Shown: piece by piece, positions 46,831 to 60,187 of the stretch | Layout of the letters: each line of letters begins with the position of its first letter | How positions within the stretch are numbered: the first letter of the stretch is position 1 | Origin: the human T2T-CHM13v2.0 reference genome, Homo sapiens | Length of the DNA stretch: 64,000 bases | Strand: one strand, 5' to 3' | NCBI RefSeq assembly: GCF_009914755.1 | Contig: NC_060928.1 | Notes under the pieces: model-generated | Seen by the model: only the letters and a program-made list of their open reading frames with translations | Database searches by the model: none | Told to the model about the DNA's origin: nothing | Program-made: the position numbers and the translations under genes

Positions 46831-47245
46831 AAGCTATCATCACCTGGCCTTAGTCATTATTAGCTAAGTTTTTTTTTCCTGTTTTTTAACTTGTATGTCA
46901 ATGCCTTGATATTACTTGATGTGAGTTGGATTCAAGTGTTTCATTATCTCTGCCCCTTCTCTTGAGAACAGAAAGCTAGCCACCTTTCCATGTGTATACA
47001 GAATGACTGTACTGTCAATTAAAGTGACTGTAGAAGACAATTTTTGAAAATCAAATACCATTTTTTAAGATGGCCTCCAAAATCACCTCTACTAATTTAG
47101 CTATGTGACCATATCTTTTGTAACCATTTTGTCTTGGAGGTATATATTGATTTTGTCTGTATAGCATTTATTTTACTCATTTTTTTAAAAAAGGAATCCC
47201 TTGTTTTTCTTTTGACAACCACTCATTCCCATTTTTGGTTTATGT

Positions 47246-47458
47246 AAGGGGTTAGAAAATTTTTTCTTAAAGGGTCAGAGAGTAAACAGTTGAGGCTTTT
47301 CAGGCCATGGTTTTGGTTGCAACTATTCAACTCTGCTATTGTACCCTGAAAGCAACCACAGACTATTCACAAACAAATATATACATGGCAATACTTTTCA
47401 ACAAGTCTTTATTTTCATAACCTGGTAGCCTACTTGTGGACTATAGTTTGCCTCTGGT
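47246..47458 (+). mobile_element. MER58A-like hAT-Charlie DNA transposon
   Basis: AGGGGTTAGAAAATTTTTTCTTAAAGGGTCAGAGAGTAAA...GCAACTATTCAACTCTGCTATTGTA...CTATAGTTTGCC. Confidence 0.75.
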
Positions 47459-49054
47459 ATATAAAATTTAGATAAAATTACCTTTTCCTGCACGCTATTC
47501 CCCCACATGATCCAGAACTGCTAACAGTGTACTGTATCCATCTGGCCACTGTGGTTGGCTCATGATGGGAATTTGATTTAAATTGAAACAATTAGAAACA
47601 GGCCCATAACTTTTGCTATTATGGTTAAGGAAGATGCACTCTCTTTTACTTGGGGTAGATAAATTGGTAGAATATATTTCTGGGATGTCTGGTGGTCATC
47701 TTGTTTCTCAGGGACTGTCACTTGGGGAATCTGTCATCTTGTCAAAATGGGGAAGTCTACCTGAAGCTGAAACCAGTGCAGAAGAACACAGAGCTGAGAA
47801 ACATAATGGAAACTGCAATCTTTTGTGTCAGTAAGACTAAGTTGTTTTCTTCAAGAACACTTTGCCAGAAAAGATAAGACCGCAAAACCAATAAATAAAA
47901 CAAGTCTTCATGTGAGGTGATGTTTCTTCAAAATCTTCCCTGCCTAAAATGATTTCGAGGTTATCCTTTGCTGTAGAAAATTGGGGCTTTTTATTACCAA
48001 TTATCTCTCTCTCTCTGGATTAAATCCAGAATTGTTAATTATTTGAGTAAAGTTTCAGTCTTGTAAGCAGCCATCAATTTGCCCCTTGGCACATTCTCAA
48101 GAAGTTCAGTGGCTTTCTATTTAAGCAAATGTCTAGTTAGTCTTTTCATATTTTCTAAAATCTCAACCCTAATTCCAGGATGAATGACTATCAGGGCATA
48201 TGGTCTACGCTTAATTGGCCAAGAAAAAGAACTACAGTCAGGTACTTTGCAGACAGTATAAATTCAAACTCACAGACACCTTTGTTTTTGGGTTCATGCT
48301 GACAATAGAAAGCAGTGAATTTAGACCACATTGCTTTGCTTTTGTTCAGCTATATTCCAAAGCATTGCTATTAGTTTACTGAGTGCCATTATTAACAATA
48401 GCCCCATAAAACTTGTAGTTCCTAGATGATATTGTTAAGGGTGCATTCTCTACTCCATGCAGTGACCTTTTAATAAGAATCCATGAAAATAATTTCTTTC
48501 AAATCTCAGTGCTAGGAATGTCTGGGTTTTTTTCATATCAATTGATTATTTTTTAAAATGTTATGAACACCATTAATCATGTACGTTTTCTCTTTGAACA
48601 AACTACTAAGGTACTCAGTATTCAGTTTATGACTTAATTCTAGTAAGGCTAAAGGATCTTTTTTTACCAGTTATTTTTATCCCAATTTCCTAACTAATTT
48701 TAATTTATCACATAGCATTGTGAGACAGTTTGTAACTATCTATATGAAGAGTCCTTCTTAATTAGTTAATAAAGAAATGTAGGCCAAGAAGGGAGAAAGG
48801 GGCCAGAAAAGGAAAGTGGGAGGATACCAGAAGCTGATCTTTTTCATTTAACAGCTTAGTCCAGTGCCTTGCCTGGACTGCCACTAGCTGTCTTTTGGTC
48901 TAGAAGAAGCCATGAGCAGGTTCCAATTGTATTGCTTCTAAACACTTGCTGACTGTCAAAAAGACCCCATCCCTTTGGGGACATAAGCCCTAGAGTTGAG
49001 AGCACCCACAGGATTCACGCTTCCCTGACTCTGGGGTTCCCTTTAGGGCTTTAC

Positions 49055-49151
49055 CAGATGGAAAACTAGCACCTCGGAGCCAGTGAGGTGGTGAGCTAAC
49101 AGGCTTTATCGACAGATGGAGGACCCCAAGTGTGAACGAAAACAGCTTCAG
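49055..49151 (-). other. Candidate 97-nt exon
   Basis: Minus strand ttttttttctttcaag|CTGAAG...CATCTG|gtaaag; GC-richer than flanks and retains CpGs. Confidence 0.3.
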
Positions 49152-49518
49152 CTTGAAAGAAAAAAAAATTCAGAATCCAATCTATGTAAGCAAATACCCA
49201 TATAAACCAATTATTCAAAAAAAACCTGGGGTACAATGACTACCTTGGTGACTCCACATGGAGATATTTACCTGTCCCATATTTTGTTAATGCTTTTAAA
49301 TCAGTTATACTATGTTGAGAAAGAATGATGCTTTCCTGTTTTAAATGTGAACTTAATGTAGTGTGACTAGTTCCCGTTTGTTGCTGTTAACAGGATAGTT
49401 ACTGACAATTTTGGGAAATCAGAACTTTAACAATTTCACCACACATTGTTTGGAAAACCTTAAGTGTGTCTTTCTGCTTGTGCTTTCTCTGAATGTAAAG
49501 ATATAAATGTGTGGTAAT

Positions 49519-49824
49519 TGGATCAGATAGATAGATCATAGTTCCATTATATGGGAATATTACTGGAAGTTATGAAGTATTTGTCTCCAGGTTCATCCAA
49601 CACTTCTAACCATTTAATTTTTATCAATTTCTAGAAATAGTAACATTTATACAAAGAAGCTACCTCCAGTATGGATCAGATAGATAGATCATAGTTCCAT
49701 TATATGGGAATATTACTGGAAGTTATGAAGTATTTGTCTCCAGGTTCATCCAACACTTCTAACCACTTAATTTTTATCTATTTCTAGAAATAATAACATT
49801 TATACAAAGAAGCTACCTCCAGTA
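49519..49824. repeat. Direct tandem duplication, 2 x 153 bp
   Basis: 49519-49671 and 49672-49824 both run TGGATCAGATAG...CTACCTCCAGTA; 3 substitutions seen. Confidence 0.97.
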
Positions 49825-52304
49825 CTTAGCTTCTTGTTAAAAAATTATTATAGGTTAATTTTATAACCTACTTATAACTACATAAGTCTTGTAAAATGTA
49901 TATTTCTTTGGTTAACGTTTTATATTTGTTCTATCCAATGCAAAGACAAAGTATTGACAAAATTACAGATATTTTACTTACTAAGCCTCCATTTGTTTTT
50001 CAGCTTAAAAATAAGTTCATATACATCTGTTGCATTCCACTGACCACAATTTCACATCTTTTTGTTTTTTTAAGTGTCAGAAAAATTTTCACCAAATTAT
50101 TTGAGAAGTATTTATTTCAGGAACTCTATGAATATAAATAAGTTTCAGATAAAAATAACAAACCTCCCCTTAAATTTAAAAGGACTTCTTATTTCAATTT
50201 GAAGAATTTGTAAAATGTATTTTATGGAAAAAAAAAGATTTTTTCCCCCTCAGGTTTAGAATATCTAAATTCATTTTAAAACTGATTTTTAAATTCAGAA
50301 GAAATTATACCTCAATTGGAATGCTAACATAGGTTTGAGAATTTTTAATTTGAAAAAAATTTATGAGTTAATTAAAATCTTAATTATATCATTGCTGATA
50401 CATTTTTGATAAGTCAAAAATCTATTAAAACTGAATTAAAGTCTTCAAAGTTGATTTTAACATCCAAGTTTCGTTATGACGTGTCATTCTTGACATTAGG
50501 GACAGAGAATTAATACAGCAAAATTATAAAGGGTTGCACAAACAGAGCCATCTCTGAGGTGGCAGAGGAGCTTAACACTTCATGGGACCCTTTTGCACAA
50601 GTGACAACATTGTATTGGTCATAATGGTGCATAGTCCACCATCTGTCTGATAAAACAACTCCGCATGCTAAGTATTATTGACAGGAAGATGGGAAAACTG
50701 CCTTCTTGTGGGGGCTCTGGCTGACCCTTTCTCAAAGCCTGGCAAACTTTCAAAGGTCTTTTCTTCAGTGTAAAATACCATCAATCTGCCTGACTCAGTA
50801 TTTCCCCTTTCTTAGAGTACATGCAACATTCTTTCTGAAAGGAACAGCTACAAATGTATTCCAGTGATCTAAAATGTTGAAACACAGGTGCCTAAATTGG
50901 GTAATGTAAAACTGTCTTTTATTTATGGCCAAAATTTACTGTATATCAGGGAACATCTGATCAGCTATAGAGGTTACCAACATGAGGTTTCTGGTGATTA
51001 CAGCCAAGTTACAAGGATAGTGAACTTAGGAGTAGTCTGAAAACAGCCACTCCTAGCTGCTCATTCACACAGTGGTATGTATGTGGAGTTAGGTGTCTAG
51101 AGATGGTTTTAAGTGGCTAAGACACAGATGTTGGAATTTCAGCCTACAGAAGGTGTGTGCACACATGTTTGAGTGTGTGCATGCTCCCATATATCTATTG
51201 TTTTCTTTACAATAATCTGTGATTTTTAAATTCTATTTTTATAAAAAGCTTTATTGAAGTATAATACACACCACAATATTTACCCATTTTAAGTATAGAA
51301 TTCAACGATTCAAACACTGACACCTATCACCTTTCACTTCATTTTGACAGTGTTTGATAACATATTGTGATTAGGATTGTGTTACTCTGATTTCTACTTG
51401 CTTGTTAAACTAAATTGTTAAATTAGTATTACTGAGGGCAATTTTATAATTATTGATTAGTGCAGAAACTTAGGTCTAAACATTGACGAAAAGCTGTTCA
51501 GGAATATGATCTTCAAACGTTTACTTCCAAAGTAAAGCTTCCAAGCTACATGTGGGTCATATTTTCTTTGTCATGACAAAATATGTACAGTTTATGTGAT
51601 CCCGTAATTTGTATTATTCATTATATGCCCTGTTTCCATAGATCTGCAAATCAATGCATATGTGTATATGTGTAGATTAGAAGCTATATTGCTAATTTGA
51701 AGTCGACATAGGTCTTGCATTAAACAAAAAAATCTTTTTAAAGGCTCTGCAGGATCCCAGTTTACAAAGTCTGTATCCTAGGCAACTTTGAAGCATTCTA
51801 AGGAATGTGCCAAGTAGACAGCTGCTGTAGCTACTACCAGAGAACAAATCTTTTTCACCTTGGCATCTGGGTTTTCCATTTGTTGGCCAAAAGAAGCAGA
51901 ATTTTAGCATTGTCTTTAGCTATTCAATAAATGCCAGTGGCTTAAACCATTGGGAATACTGATGAAGAGCAGTTGTTTGTTAAATGCCATAAGGACCTAT
52001 TATTTTAGCTGTTAAAGTCAATTTTCTGAATTAAAAAAGTAAACTATGATAATCCATGTGATTTAATTTAGATTTTCTGTAAATCTCTTCCTCCTTTTCT
52101 GTCCCCACTGAACCACTGTTGAGAAGATATCTTATAATTTAAAAATCATTATAACTTAAAACTTGGAACAAACTGTAGAATAAGATTTTGAAGTACAACT
52201 TATGGAAATCTAATATAACAGACAGAGTAAGTGAGGAACAGGTAGCAACACACAAGATTCATCATAATTTCCCTTTTAAAAAATTGCCTAGAATATGTAT
52301 GATA

Positions 52305-52860
52305 TATATTAGCCCAGATTACCTAGAACACAGAGCTTCAGACAAAGCATATATGTTAATAATGCTTTCTTGGGGAGTACAATCTCAGGGTAATAAAAGT
52401 GAAGGAAGAAGGGAAGTGAGATAGGGAAAAAGGAACACAAATAAAAAATCATTTCTCAACTAGTTAAGTACAGGTTCACACACCAAAAAATGGCAGTTGT
52501 TCAGTCATAAGAGATGTCTCCTGAGATCATCTCTAGAATCTCTGTGCCTTGGAATAATCAGCAGCAGGAGGAAATGAATAGATTTATTTGCCAGTATATA
52601 CTTGCTTCTTGTAGTTCTCTTGGTCAAGGTTTATGCCATAGACACTAATGTCACTGCAATTCTGAGTTATATTACCTGGCCACTTGGAATTCTATTGGGA
52701 AATCCAGGTCATACTTCCCATAGTATGGTATTGTTGAGTTGGACAGGAGCTGGTAAATTTGCTGTGATTTCTTCCATGGCAGGAGCCATAGACTTATGTT
52801 TAAGTCTAGATATCACTCTGAGAAAGATTGAGAGAGTGATAAATATTAAGTGAAAGGTGA
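52305..52860 (-). mobile_element. Old ERVL-type LTR remnant (LTR16/40/41-like)
   Basis: TTAGCCCAGATTACCTAGAACACAGAGCTTCAGACAAAG...TTGGGGAG...ATCTCAGG resembles the antisense end of this LTR group. Confidence 0.45.
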
Positions 52861-53182
52861 CAATGACAGCTGGTAGGATTCCATTGAGCGAGTTGGCAAG
52901 GCTTGGGAGTCAGCTAGTACTAAATGAATCTAGGGAGTCTTGTAGCTGGATTCAGTATGAAGTGTCATTCACTTATAGAATTCAATTTGCATGAACCATT
53001 AACATTATATGAACATAACTGTTTTGGTTGTCTACTATGCCTTAAGCGAGAGATAGCCAGAAATAAAGATATACGTTAATTTATGTGCAGTTGTTAATAG
53101 TTTAGCTGGATGATCAGGGTCTTGGAAGGAAGAGAATTGGGAGATTGGTGACAAGGAAGTCTGAGAATAAGTATGTGAATGG

Positions 53183-53476
53183 GGCTGGGCACAGAGGCTC
53201 ACACCTGTAATCCTAGCACTTTGGGAGGCTGAAGCAGGTGGATCACTCGAGGCTAAGAATTCAAGACCAGCCGGCCAACGTGGCAAAAGCCCATCCTACT
53301 AAAGAAAAATACTAAAATTAGCCAGGTATGGTGGTGTGTGCCTATCCCAGCTACTCAGGAAGCTAAGGGATGAGAATCGCTTGAACCCGGAAGGCGGAGG
53401 TTGCAGTGAGCCAAGATAGTGCCACTACACTCCAGCCTGGGTGACAGAGCAAGACTCTGTCTCGGAAAAAAAAAAT
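53183..53476 (+). mobile_element. Old Alu (AluJb/Sz-like)
   Basis: Dimer with short tail; TSD GTATGTGAATGG at 53171-53182 and 53477-53488. Confidence 0.92.
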
Positions 53477-54812
53477 GTATGTGAATGGACCTCTTATAAT
53501 GGACACAAACTGTGAAGATATTTGTTTTCTATATTAATGCCCACCAAGGGATGTCTATTTTAATAGTCAGGAGGATAAGATGACATGTTCTCTAGTGGTC
53601 AGTCATCTAGATTTCCCCAGCTAGCCCACTGCTTGTACAATGAGCCTATGAGCAAAGTGGCCATGATGTCAGTGATGGAGGTGTGCATGGGCTCAACATC
53701 ATGGTGTGCACTTACCAAGGGTGACCTGGCTGCACTACTGCTGAGTGCCTAATCTGCTAACAACTCCTGAGAGTACCAGGAAATGGTGTCAGATTAATTA
53801 CATTGGATGTCTTCCATCATAAAGGGGGAAGGTATTTGTCTCTTGGAATAGACATATTTTTGATACAGATTTACCTTTCCCACCTTTAATGCTTCTGCCA
53901 GCATTGAACTCACAGAATAATTTATCCTTTTTATGGCATTCCATGTATAATTGTGTGTGATCAAGGAACTCATTTCAAAGCAAAAGAAATGTAGCAATGG
54001 GCTCATACTGATGGAATTAACTAACCTTACCACATCCCCCATCACTCAGAAGTGGCTGGACCAATTTAAAGATGGAATGGCTTACTAAAGCAGTCAGGTA
54101 TAGTGTCAGTTGAGAGATAATACAGAAATGAGGTTCCATTTTACAGGATGTACTTAGTATATGCTTTGTGTTAGAGATCATTATATGAGGATGCCTTTTC
54201 TATAGCCAGAATACAAGGGTCTGGAAATCAAAGGGTAGGATTGGCAATGTTCTTCTCAAAATATCACATAATACCCTACTCACAGAATTTTTGCTTCCTG
54301 TCCTGCAACTTTGCATTTCGGTTGTTTATGGATGCTGGTCACTAAAGGGAATGAGGCATGGAAGATACTTCCATCAGTGGAAACAATAATGATTCCATTG
54401 AATGGGGAGATGAGACTGCCAACTAGTCATTTTGGGCTTCTTATGCCACTGAAAAAACATATCAGAAGAAAAAGAAGTTACTTTTTCTGGTTGGAATGAT
54501 CAATTCCAATAATCAAGGAGAAACTGGGCTGCTGTTACACAATGGAGGTAAGGAGGACCATGTTTGAAATATGGTAGATTCTCTGTGGTGTCTCCTAATA
54601 TATTCATGCTCAATAGCAAAAGTCAGCAGAAAAGTATAGCAACTAAAAAACAACAACAAAAAAAGGCAGGGTAACTGAGGACTCAGACACTTCGGGAATG
54701 AACATTTGGGTTATTCCACCAGGTAAAGAATCGTCAACCAGCTGAGATTCTGGCTAAGGGCAAAGCAAATACGATATGGCTAGTGGAGAAAGGAAGTCTT
54801 AGATATCAACTA

Positions 54813-55241
54813 AAGTAGACCCTTGAATAACATAGGTTTGAACTGTGTGGGTCCACTTGTACATAGATTTTCTTCTGCCACTGCCACCCCTGAGACAGCA
54901 AGACCAACCCCTCCTATTCCTCCTCCTCAGCCTACTCAACATGAAGATGACAAGGATGAAGACTTCATGATTCACTTTCGCTTAAATATATTTTCTCTTT
55001 CTTATGATTTTCTTATTAACATTTTATTTTCTCTAGCTTACTTTATTGTGAGAATGCAGTATATAATACATATAACATACAAAATATACGTTACATAACT
55101 GTTAATGTTATTGGTAAGCATTCCAGTCAACAGAAGGCTATTAGTAGCTAAGTTTTGGGGAAGTTAAAGGTTAGAGTCGATTTTTGATTGCATGGTGGAG
55201 GGTTGGCACCTCTAACCTCTTTGTTGTTCAAAGGTCAACTG
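54813..55241 (+). mobile_element. Tigger2a (MER28)-like DNA transposon
   Basis: TIRs AAGTAGACCCTTGAATAACA...TGTTGTTCAAAGGTCAACTG flanked by TA; CCACCCCTGAGACAGCAAGACCAACCCCTCC core. Confidence 0.88.
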
Positions 55242-55631
55242 TACAAGTGCAGAAACAAGGACCATAGTAATTTTGCATATATGCTTTTTGTTTCTAATAT
55301 TTGCATATATTAACTTTCTTTTTGCTTTCTTCTTTCCATTTACTTTTATATACTAGTCGGTGGAGATTAACTTTATAACTTAGTCTGTAAGTGACAGCAT
55401 ATTCAGTAGAGCTATGGAGGAACTTGAGGAATAACTAGTATAGTAGGCAGTAGATACAATGACTGCTGGGACTATGTCTCTCCTCATTTTGGGGAAAGGG
55501 TAAGAACTGCATCACTTGTAAGTAAAATAGTTGAATCTTGTTAGATGGAAATTTAGGGTTATTTTAATGTGGTATGGAAGCTCAAATGTGTTAGAAAGGT
55601 GCATATGGAAACTGAGTAGCCAAAGAGGTAG

Positions 55632-56440
55632 TCTGGACCTTTCAGGTCCAAATCCACCTATCACTACATGCTTTTCAATAATGGAGATGGAACCTATAAG
55701 CATTTATCCTTTGTAGTTGGCATGATGTTAAACATTGTCAATAGAGGGCACTGGAGGAACAGTGAGGAAGAAGGGGCTTTTCTCTGCTATTCCAATGTGT
55801 TTCTTGATGCTGCTTCTTGCTCCTCATGCTTGTTTGCCAGTGACACACGTGAGAGGCATCTAGTAGTACTCATCCCCTTCGAGTTTAAGTGGTAATTCTG
55901 TGGATGGCTTCCTGTCAAGTTCCATTCATACCGCCATGAATGCATTCCTAGAGAGTCTTGTAAGCACTACAGCAGTCAGCTCCATAGCTGTGGCCCACCT
56001 GCACCTTGGAGGGGGATATCCTTCTTGTTAGTTTCAGCTGTAGTTCCAGCTCTAGTTCCCTGCCTACCAGTTTCAGTCCATCTGCACTTTGGAAGTGCAT
56101 TTCTGGCTTGCCAGGTCTAGCTGCAATTGTGTCTGCCTGCTTCAACTCACTTGTACTATGGAGGGGCATTTCTTGATTACCCAGCAATTGTGAATTAGTC
56201 TGGCCTGGGGAAACCCAGTGAACTTCTCTGCCACCCAAAGGGTACCAACAATGTCTTTTCCAATGAAGTCTGAACCCCAGACTTAGAGAAAGGAACTTCC
56301 AAATGTATTTCTTCATTGGACATTCTTCCTCTGCCCTGGTCCTCCTTAGTCCTCTATAGTTAATTCTGTTCATAATCTTTATATTAAAATTCCCTGTTCA
56401 AATTACTGTGTTTTCTGTCTCATTCCATCTTAATACACTA
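55632..56440 (+). mobile_element. Probable 3' LTR of the ERVL remnant (MER73/74-like)
   Basis: Follows the purine tract; ends ATATTAAAATTCCCTGTTCAAATTACTGTGTTTTCTGTCTC...TAATACA. Confidence 0.5.
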
Positions 56441-57368
56441 CTTATCTATGAGATTTGGAAAAAAGGATTGTATGAACAAGAGAAGATATTTTATCCCAAA
56501 TATTTTAGGGATTTTATTATCCACTTTGGGGTTCAGTTGTTAGTCTGGAATAGAAAACATCAGGAATGCAGTAGACCTATTGGCTATATGGTAGTTACAG
56601 CATTCATATCACAGCCATCAGGCTGGTTTATGTCTAACCTGTGCAATGCTTTTCAGGAAGGAGAGGAGCTTAGGGTTCCCTTGAGCTACTTCTCATTAGA
56701 GATAAGAATTAGGCTTTGGATAGTTTAAGGAAGCCCACTGCTTACTGGACATAGTCAAGAATGGGATCTCCTCTAGTCATGAACTAACCCTGGAGGTTAA
56801 ATGCTTCTTTCGGTTACCCAAGTGATTTTCCGGAGTTGGGTCAAGTTTGAAATTTCTGGGTAGTGGTCTGAGATTGATGAAAGGCTTCCTCAGATGCATA
56901 CATGGTAGAGAGAAAACCTTAGAGCACAACCCATCAAGAAAGATGTCCCCAGGTTTTGAAGACCTCAGGACCCTTTCACTGACTTTCATAACATGTTCTC
57001 AATTGGAAAAGGGCCAACTGGACGGTTATTTGTATCCTGCACAGCTGCAAATAATATTTTAAAAAATGAAGATGAGGAAGGGTGCTCCCTTTCCTCAATT
57101 ATCTTGAAAAGATCTTGACAAAATTGTCATATGGGATTCATGTCCATCCCCCACATATGCGCTTACACCAATAATGCTTGAAAGATAGAGGATTAGGAAG
57201 TAATTGAATCTTTCAAATTATCTCGTTCATTTTTTGAACTTGCATGTTCTCTACCCCTTCCCTCACCACTAAACCATAAACTCCATGAGAGCAATCTCTT
57301 TTGTGTCTTAATCACCACTGCATTTATTGTATGTTTACTGTCTTTTAAATAAAACAAGTTTACTGATG

Positions 57369-58061
57369 TGTTAGCAGTTGAAGAGATTCAAGGTACCTCG
57401 AGTTACCAGTGGCAAATCCATATGTGTCTGCAGCAACTTCAATTCTTGCCTGCTCAGAAGAAAGAATTCAACTGAGGGGCATAAAACAGAAAAAGAGATC
57501 GAAGCAAGTTTCAGAGCAGGAGTGGAAGTTTATTTAAAAGGCCTTAGAACAGGAAAGAAAGGAAAGTTAACTTGGAAGAGATACAAGAGGGTACATGAAT
57601 ATCAAAGAGGAAATAAAAAGGGCCTTTAACCTCGATCCTGGGACTTTATGGGCTGGCCTCTTTCCCATGATTCTTCCCTTAGGGTGGGCTTTCCGCATGT
57701 GCAGGGTTCTCCTTACCCTTGGGAATTGAGCATGCGCAGTGTGTTTAGAGAGTTATAGGCATGCCCAACTGAGGCTTTCTTCCTTTTTCCAATGGAGTGT
57801 ACACGGAAGATCATACTATGCCATTTTTGTATCTTAAGGTGCATGACCAGGAAGTTACTTCTCCCTGGGGTCAGCCTTTAATTAACACTTCAATGTTAAC
57901 AGGGGTGGACCATCAGGAACTGGCCTCTCCCTGGCTCTGGCTGCCAAGTTATCGCTTTTAGAGAGGCATTGCGATAATTGCCAAACCATCACCTGACTTT
58001 TCTAGTGGGTGGGGCAGGGAGAGCCCTCTCCTGCCCTGCTCATGCCTAACTGCCTGTAACA
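57369..58061 (-). mobile_element. MER50-family ERV1 solo LTR
   Basis: TGTTA...TAACA ends; CTGCAGCAACTTCAATTCTTGCCTGCTCAGAAGAAAGAATTCAACTGAGGGGCATAA; minus start TGTTACAGGCAGTTAGGCATGAGCAGGGCAGGAGAGGGCTC. Confidence 0.75.
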
Positions 58062-58369
58062 GTCCCACCAGTCCGCTTCATTGGGCTACTTCCAGTAATA
58101 CTAACCATAGGCATCAGTATGTCTGTTAACTGAATGAAAGATACATTGCCCAATTTTTCATTTAGTACTTTGCCTATTGTCTTTTTCACTTAGTATTTAT
58201 TTGTTATCTGATTCTTGGTAAAACAGTATTTGGGAAACTGAAATTGGAGTAAATGTTAATGTTCCCATCACTATGTTTCCAAGATAAAATTTTTAAAATT
58301 AACTAGTTTACTACTAAGTTAACTAAAATGTAAGCATTTTATTATAGCTCTTGAAAATAAGAATTTGAG

Positions 58370-60187
58370 TCTCACTCTCCCTCTCCCCCTCCCCCTCCCC
58401 CTCCCCCTCCCCCTCCCCATCTCCCCTCTCCCGTCTCCGTCTCCCGCTTTCCACGGTCTCCCTCTGTTGCCGAGGCTGGACTGTACTGCCGCAATCTCGG
58501 CTCACTGCAACCTCCCTGCCAGATTCTCCTGCCTCAGCCTGCCGAGTGCCTGGGATTGCAGGCGCCCGCCGCCACGCCTGACTGGTTTTTGTATTTTTTG
58601 GTGGAGACGGGGTTTCGCGGTGTTGGCTGGGCTGGTCTCAGCTCCTGACCTCGAGTGATCTGCCCGCCTCGGCCTCCCGAGGTGCCGGGATTGCAGACGG
58701 GAGTCTCGCTTACTCAGTGCTCAATGTTGCCCAGGTTGGAGTGCAGTGGCGTGATCTCGGCTCGCTAAAACCTCCACCTCCCAGCCACCTGCCTTGGCCT
58801 CCCAAAGTGCTGAGATTGCAGCCTCTGCCTGGCTGCCACCCCGTCTAGGAAGTGAGGAGCATCTCTGCCTGGCTGCCTATTGTCTGGGATGTGAGGAGCC
58901 CCTCTGCCCGGTGCCCAGTCTGGGAAGTGAGGAGCGCCTCTTCCCGGCCGCCATCCCGTCTAGGAAGTGAGGAACATCTCTGCCTGGCCGCCCATCATCT
59001 GGGATGCAAGGAGCCCCTCTGCCTGGCTGCCCAGTCTGGGAAGTGAGGAGCGCCTCTTCCCGGGCCATCATCCCGTCTAGGAAGTGAGGAACGTCTCTGC
59101 CTGGCCACCCATCATCTGGGATGTGGGGAGCGCCTCTGCCCGGCCGCCCTGTCTGGGAGATGAGGAGCATCTCTACCCAGCCACCACCCAGTCTGGGAAG
59201 TGAGGAGCGCCTCCGCCCGGCCGCCACCCCGTCTGGGAGGTGAGGAGCGTCTCTACCCGGCCGCCACCCCATCTGGGAGGTGAGGAGCGTCTCTACCTGG
59301 CCGCCACCCCGTCTGGGAGGTGAGGAGCGTCTCTACCCGGCCGCCACCCCATCTGGGAGGTGAGGAGCGTCTCTACCTGGCTGCCACCCCGTCTGGGAAC
59401 TGAGGAGCACCTCTGCCCGGCCACCCTGTCTGGGAAGTGGGGAGCCCCTCCGCCCAGCAGCCACCCCGTCTGGGAAGTGAGGAGTGTCTCTGCCTGTTTG
59501 CCCCCTCTGGGAGGTGGGGGGTGCCCCCGCCCGGCAGCCACCCCCTCTGGGAGGTAGGGGGGCGCCTCCGCCCAGCCGCCCGTCTGGGGGGTGAGGGGCC
59601 CCTCTGCCTGGCCGCCACGTCTGGGAAGTGAGGAGCCCCTCTGCCCGGCGGCCACCCCTTCTGGGAGGTGTACCCAACAGCTCATTGAGAACGGGCCATG
59701 ATGACGATGGCGGTTTTGTCGAATAGAAAAGGGGGAAATGTGGGGAAAAGAGAGATCAGATTGTTACTGTGTCTGTGTAGAAAGAAGTAGACATAGGAGA
59801 CTCCATTTTGTTCTGTACTAAGAAAAATTCTTCTGCCTTGGGATGCTGTTAATCTGTAACCTTACCCCCAACCCCGTGCTCTCTGCAACTGTGCTGTGTC
59901 AACTCAGGGTTAAATGGATTAAGGGCAGTGCAAGATGTGCTTTGTTAAACAGATGCTTGAAGGCAGCATGCTGGTTAAGAGTCATCACCACTCCCTAATC
60001 TCAAGTACCCAGGGACACAAACACTGCGGAAGGCTGCAGGGTCCTCTGCCTAGGAAAACCAGAGAACTTTGTTCACATGTTTATCTGCTGACCTTCTCTC
60101 CACTATTGTCCTATGACCCTGCCAAATACCCCTCTCCGAGAAACACCCAAGAATAATCAATAAATACAAAAAAAAAAAAAAAAGAAA
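58370..60187 (+). mobile_element. Full-length SVA retrotransposon (older subfamily, SVA_B-like)
   Basis: CT hexamer domain, antisense Alu-like domain, GC-rich VNTR at about 58820-59670, SINE-R, AATAAA at 60159-60164, poly(A); perfect 17-bp TSD GAAAATAAGAATTTGAG at 58353-58369 and 60188-60204. Confidence 0.97.

Larger units (their letters stand above)
53050..55631 (+). mobile_element. Decayed ERVL internal region (RNase H/integrase, dUTPase, 3' region), interrupted by Alu and Tigger2a
   Basis: GATTGGTGACAAGGAAGTCTG, CTGCTGAGTGCCTAATCTGC (integrase zinc-finger Cys region), MIPLNGEMRLPTSHFGLLMPL dUTPase-like frame at 54311-54499; purine tract near 55620. Confidence 0.78.

Noticed and set aside
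58852-59685. Multiple Pro/Gly/Arg-rich ORFs
   Set aside because: Open frames produced by the GC-rich SVA VNTR
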